Positions 33,701 to 46,720 are shown, counted from the stretch's first letter. The stretch: 55,933 nt of DNA from Sphaerodactylus townsendi (GCF_021028975.2 NC_059439.1:39316068-39372000); one strand, 5' to 3'. Notes: generated by a model not told the origin, from the sequence alone. Numbers and translations: made by a program.

Positions 33701-36700
33701 AAAAAGTCACCGCCAGCGGAGAGAGGAACGAAAAAGAAGGCGGCGGCCAGGCTCTTGGGTTTGTTTGGCTTATTTATGGATTCTCCAGGCTGAGGACGGC
33801 TGAGTTTTGGAGTCTCCTGTGACAGGTTCTTGGGAGGAGGGGAGAAAAGGCCACGTTATTTCAGTTAACATCCAGAACAAAACCAAAAGGAAATCAAAAC
33901 GGTTAAAAATTAAGTGATAGCTGCATCAGACCCCCAGAAGCCTCAAGGACACCTGCCGGAGGGGGGCCCCCCACCAAAACCCCTCGGTCCCAGGCACACA
34001 CTCTGCCGTGGAAAACCTGGAACCTCTTCCGATGGTCCCCCGCCCTTCCTTGACTGGCTACCTTCACGGGGTACCCCAAACTCTGAGGAAGGGGAGAACC
34101 CCATCCTGACAGGCAGAGGCCACCTGGGTCCCCTCCCCAGGGCAGGAAAAAACTCTAGTTTCCCAGGTGTTAAAATCAGGTTGTGACAAATGCCCAGTGG
34201 TCAGTTTTTCCCAGTTGGAGGTATCTGGCTGTCAGGGGTGGAAAAAAGGTAAAGTTTCCAGAAATTTTGAAGCCACAGGGGAAAAAACTAGAAATTTTTG
34301 GAAATGCTGAAATACATACAGTACTTTCTTAAGAAACTTAAGCTTATTTTACTCCTATAAAAACATGAAATACATTGTGTACAGCAGTGGCGTAGGAGAT
34401 TAAGAGCTCGTGTATCTAATCTGGAGGAACCGGGTTTGATTCCCAGCTCTGCCGCCTGAGCTGTGGAGGCTGATCTGGGGAATTCAGATTAGCCTGTGCA
34501 CTCCCACACACGCCAGCTGGGTGACCTTGGGCGAGTCACAGCTTCTCGGAGCTCTCTCAGCCCACCCACCTCACAGGGTGTTTGTTGTGAGGGGGGAAGG
34601 GCAAGGAGATTGTAAGCCCCTTTGAGTCTCCTGCAGGAGAGAAAGGGGGGATATAAATCCAAACTCTTCTTCTTCATCTATTGTAGTGCTGGCCATGTTT
34701 AGGAAACTTAAAAGTACTAATGCTTTTGTTTTCCCCAAACACAATCACAGGCAATATAAACCGCTGCATCCTAAAATAAGTTACGAAGTATATCTTAGTT
34801 TCTGCTATCGGACAATAAACCTCGAAAACAGGCAATGCAAGTTTTGTAATAAACACACAGAAGCGTACAATTTGGAGGAAAACTTTGGAGAGGAACTACA
34901 ATTTGCCCAGACCTCACAGGGCAAGCAGCCTATCTGGATACGGATTTAAAACTCTGAACTCTGCCATTTGGTATCTCTGCCATATGGTATCTTATTTATG
35001 GAGATTTATGGAGGAGAAGTCGATTTATGGCTACCAATCTTGATCCTCTTTGATCTGAGATTGCAAATGCCTTAGCAGACCAGGTGCTCGGGAGCAGCAG
35101 CAGCCGCAGAAGGCCATTGCTTTTACCTCCTGCATGGGAGCTCCCAAAGGCACCTGGTGGGCCACTGCGAGTAGCAGAGAGCTGGACTAGATGGACTCTG
35201 GTCTGATCCAGCAGGCTCGTTCTTATGTTCTTAAGGCCCTTGCTTTCACCTCCTGCATGTGAGCTCCCAAAGGCACCTGGTGGGCCACCGCGAGTAGCAG
35301 AGAGCTGGACTAGATGGACTCTGGTCTGATCCAGCAGGCTCCTTCTTATGTTCTTATCTTCACACACACTCGCATTCATGATAAACAAAATCAGTCACAT
35401 CTGAATGTATCTTAACATATGTTGCAAGAAGAACGGTGCAGTTTTTTAAAGGTAAAAACTGACCATCATACTAAGCATTCCTAATGAGTAAAACCTTGTC
35501 TTAAGCATTGCACTCATTCCCAAAAAAGGTGGTCCCAGAAGTCTTCTTTTCAGTGGTTCCAGAACAGATGCCATTCCATCTCCCCAAACCAAGCATTCCA
35601 CCCTTCACATCAGCTGGGCTTCTCCACACAGTGAGTCTGCAGACCTGTGTCCTCCAAAGGATCTCACACCACCCTCTGCTGGCTTTGGCTCTCTCTCTCT
35701 CTCTCAGACCAGGAGGCAACCGGCATGAGAACATGTACTCCATGGTCTTGTTCCCTTGAGAACCCACCCACCCCTTGTGTATTTCAGAGCACACAGAAAG
35801 CTGAAACCAGCTGGAGCCAAGAAAAGAAGGGAGGAGCCAAGAAAAGAAGGGCGGAGCCTGCAGAGGCCCTGAGCACAACCACCCTTGCCAATGGGCATCC
35901 ACACAGGCCACGGGCTCTCAGCAGACAAGGCAAAGGCCTCCACTACAGCTTCCTCCACCACAGAGCCACTCAAACAGCAGCAGTCTGAGAAACCAAGTGC
36001 TTCAGGGAAAGCATCTCCTATGGAGAGGAAGGCTGAGCAGCTACCCTTCACCCTCAGGCTCTATCTGTCTCTCTTTCCCCATCACGCCTCACCCACGCCT
36101 CTCTTGCCCCCGTTGCTTCCTAGCCAAGGCCTGTGGGTGTCCCACAAATGATGCAAAGTGCTGAACCCCACAGAGATGCTTCTGACTCCCAACCTCAACC
36201 TGCCACTGATACAAACCCAACATGCCGAACTTACATCATTCCAAGCGTGGCGGGAGGTTTGTGCAGATGCCGTCCAGAGGACAGGAAGTCCCCCCCAGCC
36301 CTAGGGATCAGCCCCCCCCCCAGGCCTCACTTTCCCTTCCAAGATCTCAACAATTTCAAAACACATGATCTAATGCAGTGGTGGCGAACCTTTGGCACTC
36401 CAGATGTTATGGACTACAATTCCCATCAACCCTAACCCTTTCCCCACCTGAAATGCCTCTTGCAATCCAGATCGTGGTAAAGAGTACCCCCCCCCCCAAA
36501 AAAAAACAAAAACCCTTCAGGAGGGATTTCAGGCTGATACAAGGAGGGGGATGCAGAAAAATCTCTCTGCGAGAGCAGAAATCATCGTGTTCCCTGAAAT
36601 GTTAGTCTGGGTCCAATATTTGGGAAGACCTACTAGTTTTGGAAAGGGTCGGCCATTAGCCTGTGGGCCGAGGAGGGTAGAGGCAGGAGGAGCTCCAGGT

Positions 36701-39700
36701 CTCCACAGTCACTGAAAACTCTACCAAACGACAGCCTAACTGAAGTCTCTGACTTCATGAGGCTGCTGAGAGGATAAAAATCTGATAGGCAGGTACAGAC
36801 GCTGCAAGTTGATTGGCCAAAGGCAAGCCTCAAGCAGCAGGAGCAGACAATCCTATTCAGCAGAAACCCATCTTTGAAAATGGGGGTGGACCTGCTTGAG
36901 TCAAGATGTCTAGGTAGAAGCTCCATATTAAACCAGACACCATGCAAGGCCAAAGGCCCCTCCTGGGAAAGTTCTTTTGCCTCAAGTCAGTGCTACACTG
37001 AAACCAGGGAACCCACGCGCCCTCCCCCCCCATTCTTCTCTGCTCCTGCATTGTGCAGGGGTTGGACTAGATGACTCTAGAGGTCTCTTCCTCAACTGGT
37101 GCTTCAGCTCTTGAGTTTGCCCCTCTACCCCATCTCTAGCATGGTCCCCCCCCCCCCATCAGAGCTGCAAGCAGCCCTCCGACTGGTGTTGTGGACAGAC
37201 GTTGCCCTGTGCTTGTGAGGGGAGTCAGATCCTCATGCTTATCACCTCCTAGATAACTCAGTTATGCCAACATCCCAGCCCAGCAAGCAGCAGGTGCCAC
37301 AACTGGAATTCCTCGGCGTACGTAATCCATAGTGCAGGTCCACATATATTTATTCTCCTGCATGTAGGCATAAGATCGCAGCCTCTGTGTGCCCCAAAAC
37401 TTTCACAACTTCTAATCTACCAGTCTTGGAAGTTTCAAGGCGCACCAAATCACACAAGAGCAGGTGGGAACTTCCCTTGTAATCATGAGCCAAGCCAGAA
37501 ACCTCTTGCCACCCTGGAGGCCGGCATTTTGGTTTCAAGCGAGAACTCACAACCTTCCCAGTTCTCGGCAGCAGAAACATTTCAAGATGAGAAGTGGGGG
37601 CTTCGCTACTTTTCCCAGAAGCTCAGAGCCAGCGGCACAGGCTGAGCCACCCCACTCTCCCCCCCCCAGTTCCACACCCCCCCCCCACAAAAGCGGGAGG
37701 CCCAGCCCACGGGAGACGTACCACTCTTCGTCCTTGTGGGCCAAGAAGAAGTCTTGCATCTGCTGGCGCCGGAAGTCCAGTTTGTAGTCATTGTAGCGTT
37801 TCACGGCTTCCGTCTCGTCAACAGAATCATCCAGAGAGAGAAGGAACTCCCTGAAACTCTTCATGACGGGCGGGGCAATTCCCAGGTCCACCTCCGCGAT
37901 GTTCCCCAGCCTGGGAAGAGAACAGGGCAGACGTGTGTTTTGCCACCAGAGAAATGCCAGCAGCAACCTGCGCCCTGAACAATCTCCGAACCCCCCACAG
38001 GATGTTGTTATCCTTGATCAAGGCCCTGAGAGCACAATCACAGAACCCCCAACAATGAAGGGCCCGCATCTACCAGAGGTTTGAGAGAACTTTCTATTTG
38101 GGAGGGGTGAGCTGGAACCTGGCCCTGAGCTACAAAGCAGAATTCAGATTTTATAAGGCATGTGCTGTAAACTCTTCGCCCTGCTGTTTGTATCATACAA
38201 TGTGGCTTCACCTCCCCCCCCCCCGAAGGCTTCAAAATCAAAATAACTGTAGCCTCTTCCTCCTCTCTTTAATACACAGTTCAGTCCTCCTTGTTATCTG
38301 TGAACTTATTATCAATTGCAAATATTCTGGAATAAAACACTTATGACAAATATCTCTTCAAACGTGCTAAGCAAATAAATAACAACGTGCCACTAAATAA
38401 CCTAACCTGCTCTTGAAAACCAAAAAACTGCTTTGAGGGCTTAAGCTGAGAGAGGCCAAACAAACGTCTAAATCAGGGGTAGGGAACCTGCGGCTCTCCA
38501 GATGTTCAGGAACTACAATTCCCATCAGCCCCTTTCAGCATGGCCAATTGGCCATGCTGAAAGGGGCTGATGGGAATTGTAGTTCCTGAACATCTGGAGA
38601 GCCGCAGGTTCCCTACCCCTGGTCTAAATAAATCAGCAGATGCCTTTTGTCTGCTTAACCACTAAGCCATCCAGCTGGGGACACCCCTGGAAATGCAACC
38701 ATTTGGAACCCCTTAAGTGGGCAAATAGCCCGACTTCAGACGGAAGATCATTCGCAGCTCAATGCCAACCTCAAACTTTTTGGGTGGATCATGCACAGGC
38801 CGAGAGGAATCAGCTTACCTGGCTTGAATAGGCAGGATGTGGTGCTGCGTCACGTGCATTTCGGGGTGGGCCCAAGGTTGGGGAGATCCATAGGTGGGGC
38901 CAGTGGAGACCCCGCTATAGGGCATCTCATAACCGGAGTGATAAGGGTCGGCTGTGTGCTCATCCCTGTGGAAATTGGGGGAGGGGGCAGAAAATCATCC
39001 TCAAGAGGACTGGGAGAGAACCGGGATACTGAGAGCACGCTGTTTATCTAATCAGGCAGCCCGATTCAATTCAGTAAAACCAGAGGTGGGATCCAGCAGG
39101 TTCTCACCAGTTCCCGAGAGGGGGTTACTAATTATTTGTGTGTGCCGAGAGGGGGTTGCTAATTGGGTCCGCTTTTCCGCCTCCACGCCCTCGCCTCCCC
39201 GAGAGGCATCCTGCCTTTGAACATGAAGGTTCCTTGTAGCAATTGCGACTAATAATGCATCTCCCTGAACTGGGTTAATCCCTTTCAGGTACTGCAATTA
39301 ATTGATTCTCAGCCTTTCGTGCCTTTTATCTCACCAGTCTCTATCAAAGAACCTGTGTGTTTCACCATTGCTGTGTTCAGATTTGTGAGTTGGGGCATTT
39401 TCTATAATGTGATGATGATTTAGAAATGACCTGGTGCAAAAAAAATTTTGGGGGTCGTGGTGGGGTGGCTGCCCATGGGGGGGGGGGGCAATCCAACTCA
39501 GGTTTTTCCCAGGGCTCAGGTTTGCCTAAGTACGCCTCTGCCCCCTTTGCTGAGGGGGGGCTGGTGAGGGAACCTGTTACTAAAATTTTTGGATCCCACC
39601 CCTGAGTAAAACCCTTTGCGTTGCTTGGGGCGAATCTGAAAGGCCTTCTTTGTGCCGCATATAATTAGTTCCCAGAATTTGTCGGCACCAGTTACAACCG

Positions 39701-41934
39701 ACTGTGCTGACATGTGGCTTGGAAAGAAATTAACGTAAACTAGCCAGAGTTAACAAAAAAAGGCGGCCTCTTGACCGGCGGCTGCTCCCAACAGGCAAAT
39801 GCAGAGGACAGGGATCCCAATCCTGCTCTGCTTCTGGGTGTCAAGGCCAGAAGCCCAAGTGTTGTGTCAGGCTCACAGACGTACACCTGCTAGACTACTT
39901 TGGCACTCAGACTACATCATAAGAACATAAGAACTAGCCTGCTGGATCAGACCAGAGTCCATCTAGTCCAGCTCTCTGCTACTCGCAGTGGCCCACCAGG
40001 TGCCTTTGGGAGCTCACATGCAGGAGGTGAAAGCAATGGCCTTCTGCGGCTGCTGCTGCTGCCGACCACCTGGTCTGCTAAGGCTTTTGCAATCTGAGAT
40101 CAAGGAGGATCAAGATTGGCAGCCAGAGATCGACTTCTCCTCCATAAATCTGTCCAAGCCCCTTTTAAAGCTATCCAGGTGAGTGGCCATCACCACCTCC
40201 TGGGGCAGCATATTCCAAACACCAATCACACGTTGCGTGAAGAAGTGTTTCCTTTTATTAGTCCTAATTCTTCCCCGCAGCATTTTCAATGAATGCCCCC
40301 TGGTTCTAGTATTGCGAGAAAGAGAGAAAAATTTCTCTTTGTCAACATTTTCTACCCCATGCATAATTTTATAGACTTCAATCATATCCCCCCTCAGACA
40401 TCTCCTCTCCAAACTAAAGAGTCCCAAACGCTGCAGCCTCTCCTCATAAGGAAGGTGCTCCCTGTTTAAAAGAAATTCCCACTTGGTACCAGGACCAGGA
40501 GGAGTGGTTTGGGGAGGCAGAGCCACCTACCAGTCACGCCGCATACGCTTTTGCGGAGGGCTTAGCTCATGGCGAGGCGGAGAGAACCTCTCTCGTCGGT
40601 TCCGGTCGTAATCACGGTACTCTCCCCTGCTCCGGCGCTCTCGCCCCCGATCCCACTCCCTGAGGGTAAGAGGCACACAGATTATAACCCACCAGGCCAT
40701 CTCTTCCTTTTCTCTAGCCCAGTGATGGCGAACCTATGGCACGGGTGCCAGAGGTGGCACTCAGAGCCCTCTCTGTGGGCACGCGCAAACAGAGTCCCCC
40801 TCATACACATCTAGGCTGGCTTGGGCTCGATTATTAGCATTAAACCTAAGACCAACTTTTGGGGAAGCAGTGTTAAGCGCTGTTAAACACCACCGATTTT
40901 CATGCAAAGAACTAAAGCACGATCTTTACCTGGAAGTAAGCTCTGTTGCTTGCTTCTGAATAAACGCTCCTAGGGTTGTGATTCACCCATTGGAAGAGTT
41001 GCACGGTTGCTTCAAAGCAAAGCCACTGACTACCACCAAGCTTACTCTCGAGTAACGCACACCTCGGAGCCAACTGTTTTTTCTAAACTAAAACCTCAGT
41101 ATTCAGGTTAAATTGTCGTGTTGGCACTTTGTGATAAATAAGTGGGTTTTGGGTTGCAATTTGGGCACTCGGTCTCGAAAAGGTTCGCCATCACTGCTCT
41201 AGCCTCTGTGAAAAACAACTATGAAAAACAATCATGTAGATGAAAAGTTTGGGTTGATACGCGCCTTTTCTCAGCCATAACGAGTCTCAGAGTGGCCTTC
41301 CCTTCCTCTACCCACAACAGACACCTTGTGAGATAGGTGGGGTTGAGAGAATTCTCAGAGACCGGCAAGGTCACCCAGCAGGCTTCATGTGTAAGAATGT
41401 GGGATCAGACCTGGTTCTCCAGATTGGAGTCCACTCCTCTTAACTACTATACAACACTGGTGCTTCTAACTCTGACAATGCTCCCAAGCCAAAGCTGCAT
41501 GATTATATAGAAGCCGATTATGCAGATAAGCAACCCAAAACTGAACAGACTTACCCACAGCCACAGACTGAACTGATGCAACAGGAGCAGTCCCCAAAAC
41601 AGAGAGAAGTTCACCTAGTCCGTGGTGGTGAACCTATGGCACTCCAGATGTTCATGGACTACAATTCCCATCAGCCCCTGCCAGCATCGCCAATTGGCCA
41701 TGCTGGTAGGGGCTGATGGGAATTGTAGTCCATTAACATCTGGAGTGCCATAGGCTCACCACCACGGACCTAGACCTTTCTCTCTCGACTTCCAGTCCTA
41801 ATCCTTAAAGCCCACCTGTCATTCCAGTCATCCCGCCGTCTGTCATCGCGCTCACGAGAGCGGTCATAGTCACTCCGCTCCCGTCGAAATTTGTCCCTGC
41901 GCCTGCGGTCATATTCATCGTCACTGTCCGCCAT
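21788..41934 (-). CDS. SRRT: Serrate RNA effector molecule homolog (ARS2), ~856 aa, 19 coding exons
   Basis: Exons 5'->3' on minus: 41934-41816, 40659-40531, 38965-38819, 37910-37722, 32326-32157, 30386-30217, 30066-29965, 29387-29273, 29181-29024, 28769-28708, 27900-27822, 26017-25826, 24789-24619, 24436-24283, 23731-23538, 23453-23297, 22782-22693, 22599-22503, 21863-21788. All GT-AG, phases consistent, 2571 nt. Starts [23 protein letters not shown]; contains [10 protein letters not shown], the RRM ([14 protein letters not shown]), the zinc finger [19 protein letters not shown], and ends [16 protein letters not shown]. Confidence 0.97.
26472..26604. mobile_element. Small TIR MITE (PIF/Harbinger-like)
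   Basis: Imperfect TIRs GGCCCCTTCCGCACACGCAAAATAATGC / GCATTATTCTGCATGTGCGGAATGAGCC. Confidence 0.65.
28282..28578 (-). mobile_element. Full-length Squam3-like SINE
   Basis: Reverse complement of the family consensus. Confidence 0.9.
30570..31079 (+). mobile_element. Non-autonomous hAT (Buster/Charlie-type) element
   Basis: TIR CAGTGGTGGCGAACCT; perfect TSD ACTTAGAA (30562-30569, 31080-31087). Confidence 0.9.
31382..31924 (-). mobile_element. Non-autonomous hAT element, same family, opposite orientation
   Basis: TIR CAGTGATGGCGAACCT; perfect TSD GCTTAGAA (31374-31381, 31925-31932). Confidence 0.9.
34382..34676 (+). mobile_element. Full-length Squam3-like SINE
   Basis: Matches the family consensus. 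Confidence 0.9.
34997..35356 (+). mobile_element. CR1 3' fragment with tandemly duplicated tail
   Basis: CR1 end followed by a second ~120-bp copy of the tail. Confidence 0.85.
38474..38621. mobile_element. Perfectly palindromic 148-bp hAT MITE
   Basis: CAGGGGTAGGGAACC...CATGGCCAA|TTGGCCATG...GGTTCCCTACCCCTG; TSD GTCTAAAT (38466-38473, 38622-38629). Confidence 0.93.
39081..39604. mobile_element. Non-autonomous hAT element (family of 2816-3405)
   Basis: Same termini as 2816-3405; TSD AGTAAAAC; different interior. Confidence 0.88.
39917..40462 (-). mobile_element. CR1 LINE 3' fragment
   Basis: ORF 40110-40526 encodes [33 protein letters not shown]...TRGH (CR1 ORF2 C-terminus). Confidence 0.92.
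40720..41196 (+). mobile_element. Non-autonomous hAT element (family of 30570 and 31382)
   Basis: TIR CAGTGATGGCGAACCT; TSD CTCTAGCC (40712-40719, 41197-41204). Confidence 0.9.
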
Positions 41935-42174
41935 TGAGGCAGGGGGAGATCCACTGCAAAGCAGATGAGAGGAAAAGAGTTAATCCATCGTAACCACTTA
42001 TGGGGCAAGAGGCTGGAACAAGGATCCCACCATACCAGGGAGCAGAGACAGAAAGGAAAACATGCTGAACTGAAGTGGCAGAGAAACCAGCTGGAGATTA
42101 AAAAACACAAGCAAATCCAGTGGTACCAAATAAAGTAAAAATATATTTTATTACTCAGTAATAATTCTGAAACA

Positions 42175-42400
42175 AGAGCCCCGTGGCGCAGAATGCTCTG
42201 CAGTCAAACTTCTGCTCTCGATTCGGCTCAAAGCTGACTCAGCCTGCCATCCTTTTATTGGGTCAATAAAATGAGTCCTCAGCTTGCTGGGGGGGTCAAG
42301 GCTCGATGACAGGGAAGGAAATGGCAAACCACATGATGAACGTGGTTTGCCAAGTAATTATCACAAATGTGGCATGACCCCATGGGTCAATAGCGACCTG
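42175..42400 (+). mobile_element. Degenerate Sauria SINE
   Basis: GAGCCCCGTGGCGCAG head; TGACTCAGCC.GCCATCCTT...TAAAATGAGT.C.CAGCTTGCTGGGGG body; GGAAGG.AATGGCAAACCAC tail. Confidence 0.6.
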
Positions 42401-42846
42401 GTGCTTTTAAATAAAATTCTGAGTAATGATCTTGTACCCTTTTTGAAAAATCACTGCAAGACTTACGATCCCCCTGAAAAACCCTCTAAGCAAAGCATGT
42501 AAGGAACGCTGAGTCATAAAAAACATATTTAACCTTATTTTGCACCATTGGCCTTGGCCTCATTTTTAACTCTCCTCTGACCGGTGTGGGAAAATGGCAG
42601 GGGCAGGACCTGAACTCCACCACGGAGTCAAGAAACCGCCTCTCCTTACTCAGCAAGCAAGGAGACCTTTTCAGAAGCCAACCACGAGGGGAGACTGGGC
42701 ATAAACTCCTTCCCAAGCAAGGGTTTAAAAAGATGCTCAAATAGAGGCCGTGCTTGCTTTACTTATGGGCCTGGGGGGTGGAAGCCAAGGGCCTCAAAAT
42801 CTAGGGGGCCTCCAGCCAGGCTGCGTCATAACTTTTGACCCTTTGA

Positions 42847-43150
42847 GGAGCAGCAGTGGCGCAGGAGGTTAAGAGCTCGTGTATCTAATCTGGAGGAACC
42901 GGGTTTGATTCCCAGCTCTGCCGCCTGAGCTGTGGAGGCTTATCTGGGGAATTCAGGTTAGCCTGGGCACTCCCACACACACCAGCTGGGTGACCTTGGG
43001 CTAGTCACAGTTCTTCGGAGCTCTCTCAGCCCCACCTACCTCACAGGGTGTTTGTTGTGGGGGGGGGGAAGGGCAAGGAGGTTGTAAGCCCCTTTGAGTC
43101 TCCTGCAGGAGAGAAAGGGGGGATATAAATCCAAACTCTTCTTCTTCTCT
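42847..43150 (+). mobile_element. Full-length Squam3-like SINE
   Basis: Matches the consensus; followed by an inverted partial copy at ~43190-43360. Confidence 0.9.
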
Positions 43151-43399
43151 TCTTTTTCTTCACAGGCTTCTCTGGCACGTGTCGCCATCCCACCCTAACC
43201 CTGACTAGCCCAAGGCCGCCCAGCTGGCGTGTGTTGGGAGTGCACAAACTAATCTGGTTCACTGGATAAGCCTCTACAGCTCAAGTGGCGGAGCAGGGAA
43301 TCAAACCCGGTTCTCCAGATTAGAGTGCACCCGCTCTTAACCCTTTCGCCCCCGCTGCTCTCAACTCGACACCGATTTCTGTATAAAGGGGGGGGGGGC

Positions 43400-44300
43400 C
43401 TCTCTCCGGCTAAAAGCGGGGAGGTGGTCGGGGGTCTCCAGGTTGGGTCTGGGGCTCCCCAGGACGGACCTCCAGCGGACGGAGCCTCCTGAGCGCCCCC
43501 GCCGGGGGTCCCCCCTCAGCCCTGCAGGCTCCCCCACGGGGGGAGGCGGCCACGAGGAGAGCTTCCAGCCTCGCCCCTCCAACCGGGGCCCACCGGCCGA
43601 CACCCCCCCCCCTCCGCCGCCCACCTGCCTCGCTCGCGCTCTCTTCCCACGCCGGAAGCCGCCTTGCCACGCAGCGGTCACTTCCCGCCGCTCGGAGAGC
43701 CAATCAGGCGGAGAGGCGTTCCGAAGACCCGGATGAGAAGGGTGTTGGGCGAGACAAAGGCGCTTCCGGCCGGAAGTTCCCTCCCTTGGCTGGAAGACCA
43801 TAGAGAAAGAAAGCCCAGAGCGGCTCAGCCTGGGCGGCCTTCCGCTCCCGAGTGGTCGGGGGGGCGTTTTATTCTGGAGGTTTTATTGTGACTTGATGGG
43901 GGGGGGGGGGCGTCTGGGGGGAGGCGCCTTCGCGGTCCGGTGATGCCGCCTCCCCCTCCCCTGACCTGGAGGTTGGCAACCCACGTGGCAGGGGCCCGCA
44001 AGATGACCGGGGGCGCGTGACTCCGCCGCTCTTGAATGCGGGCCCGGAGCGGGTGGGAAGGCCGCGTATCCCTGGCCCGGATCAGGCCCTGGACAGCTCC
44101 TCGTTCACACCCCCGACCCCCTCCCGTGGAGCGGGTCTGCCTGGGAGGGGGTGACCGGCCGAAGGGTCTGGCGGAGCGACGTTGCAGACAGAGCCCGTCC
44201 ATGTCATTTTGGGCCTGCAGGTTCCACCGTCCTCCTCACTCCAAGTCCCCGGGTGGTCCGCAGCTCCTCGCTCAAGCGGGGGGGGGGGGGGGGGGCTGGC
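43400..44300. promoter_or_regulatory. SRRT CpG-island promoter and non-coding exon 1 (minus-strand donor CAG|gtgg at 43625)
   Basis: CpG-rich; several CCGGAAG/CTTCC ETS sites including back-to-back TTCCGGCCGGAAGT (~43764-43777); CCAAT at ~43699. Exon 2 acceptor at 41954-41956. Confidence 0.75.
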
Positions 44301-44642
44301 AATAACCTGGGCCAGGAACGTCTCCCTCACCTCCATATTTGGCACGGCTGCTCCTGGCCTGAGGTCAGAAACCCATTCAGAGTTAGTTTTCATAGCAAAT
44401 AGTATCAGCGACGTCCAGGCAAAACCCAGGCCAGAATCTCTGGATTCCTTCTTGGCGACCCCCCCACCTCCCCCAATCATCATCCTATTGGTATTTGGTA
44501 GAATTGGAATATTGCCCCACCAATTGACTGAATTGCTGATATTAACCTGTCCCAGAGTTTTCCATCCTCTGGGTTTTCAGCTTGCAGGAAACTGCCCACT
44601 TAGCCCTCCTACCATTAAGCACAACTGAAAGAATATCAGAGT

Positions 44643-44815
44643 TAGGGTGTTGTGGGTTTTCCAGGTTGTATGGCTGTGCTCCAGTAGCATTTTCTCCTGA
44701 CGTTTTCGCCTGCGCAGATGCAAGCAAAACGTCAGGAGAAAATGCTGCTGGAATACGGCCATACAACCCGGAAAACCCACAACACCCTAGTGATTCTGGC
44801 CGTGAAAGCCTTCGA
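44643..44815. mobile_element. Penelope-like pseudo-LTR inverted pair
   Basis: TAGGGTGTTGTGGGTTTTCC...TCTCCTGACGTTT versus AAACGTCAGGAGAAAATGC...GAAAACCCACAACACCCTAGTGATTCTGGCCGTGAAAGCCTTCGA. Confidence 0.75.
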
Positions 44816-45571
44816 TGATACAATATCAGAGTTGCCCTCAATCAGCAGTTGACGATTGCTGTTCCCCTCTCGTTAAACAAATGTAACTTTTCTCCACAAT
44901 GTGGACCCGGAGTGACTTATAACCTTCGCTTCTCCTCCTTGTTATTCTCACAAAACCCCGGTGAGGTAGGCTGGGCTGAGAGGGGTGCGACTGACCCACA
45001 GTCCTGGCTTCAGACGCTAAAATTTTGTTTGGCTCTGAAGTGCTGTTGGCCTTTCTATCAACATTAACTGCAGGAGCGAAGGGCTCTCTTGCTCGGGAGA
45101 GAAGCTGTCGCAGCGGAGAGAAAATTCAGACGGTCTCAGCAGCTTGCAAAGATTTTCAGATGGGACATTTTTTTAATGTTGTGATCAGTTGTGGAAGAGA
45201 GCTGAGCTCAACAAACCGCCCATTTCACAGACTCTCCAAGCCCTGCAAGACCACTGTAGGCCTGCACCCAGGGGCTCTCCTGAGGAAACTCATTCAGCAT
45301 TTAATACAGTATCTGGGAAACAATGCCAAGTTGCGATCCCCTCCACCCCGGTCTGTGGGCCCAGAGCAGAGACCTCCACCCACCACAGTCCCTCTGGAGA
45401 GAAGAACCAACAGAAGCAGACTATAGTTCCAGAAGCATCGAGGTGAAAGAAAGTATTTGGCAGCACACGGAGTGTTGTTGGTGCCTCCCAGAGACGCTTG
45501 GGAGGGCCTAAAATAGTCCACAGTTTCTTGAGGGGGGGGGCGCACTGCGGCAATGTGTCCTTAGCCCCCGA

Positions 45572-46416
<845 letters not shown>

Positions 46417-46671
46417 GGCGCTCGGGGAGGGGGAGGGGGGGCTCGGGGCGGCTCCGTCCGGCGACCCCTCGGGCCGCCCCTCGCGCAGGCGCAGTGGCCT
46501 CGCCAGCCCTCCGACGCCGCTCCGCCTGCCGCCATGCCGGCCTCTGCCCGCAGCCGGTGGCGGGCGCTCCTCGGTCCCCGGCCAGGAGGCCGAGTGGTGG
46601 GAGCCGCGCGGCGAGTGGAGGGAGTCCGGCCCCCCGAGCTGCACGTGGGGACGCTCCGGAGTCTGGAAGCC

Positions 46672-46720
46672 GAATGAATGAATGAATGAATGAATGAATG
46701 AATGAATGAATGAATGAATG
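46672..46720. repeat. (GAAT)n microsatellite
   Basis: Direct reading of the sequence. Confidence 0.95.
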
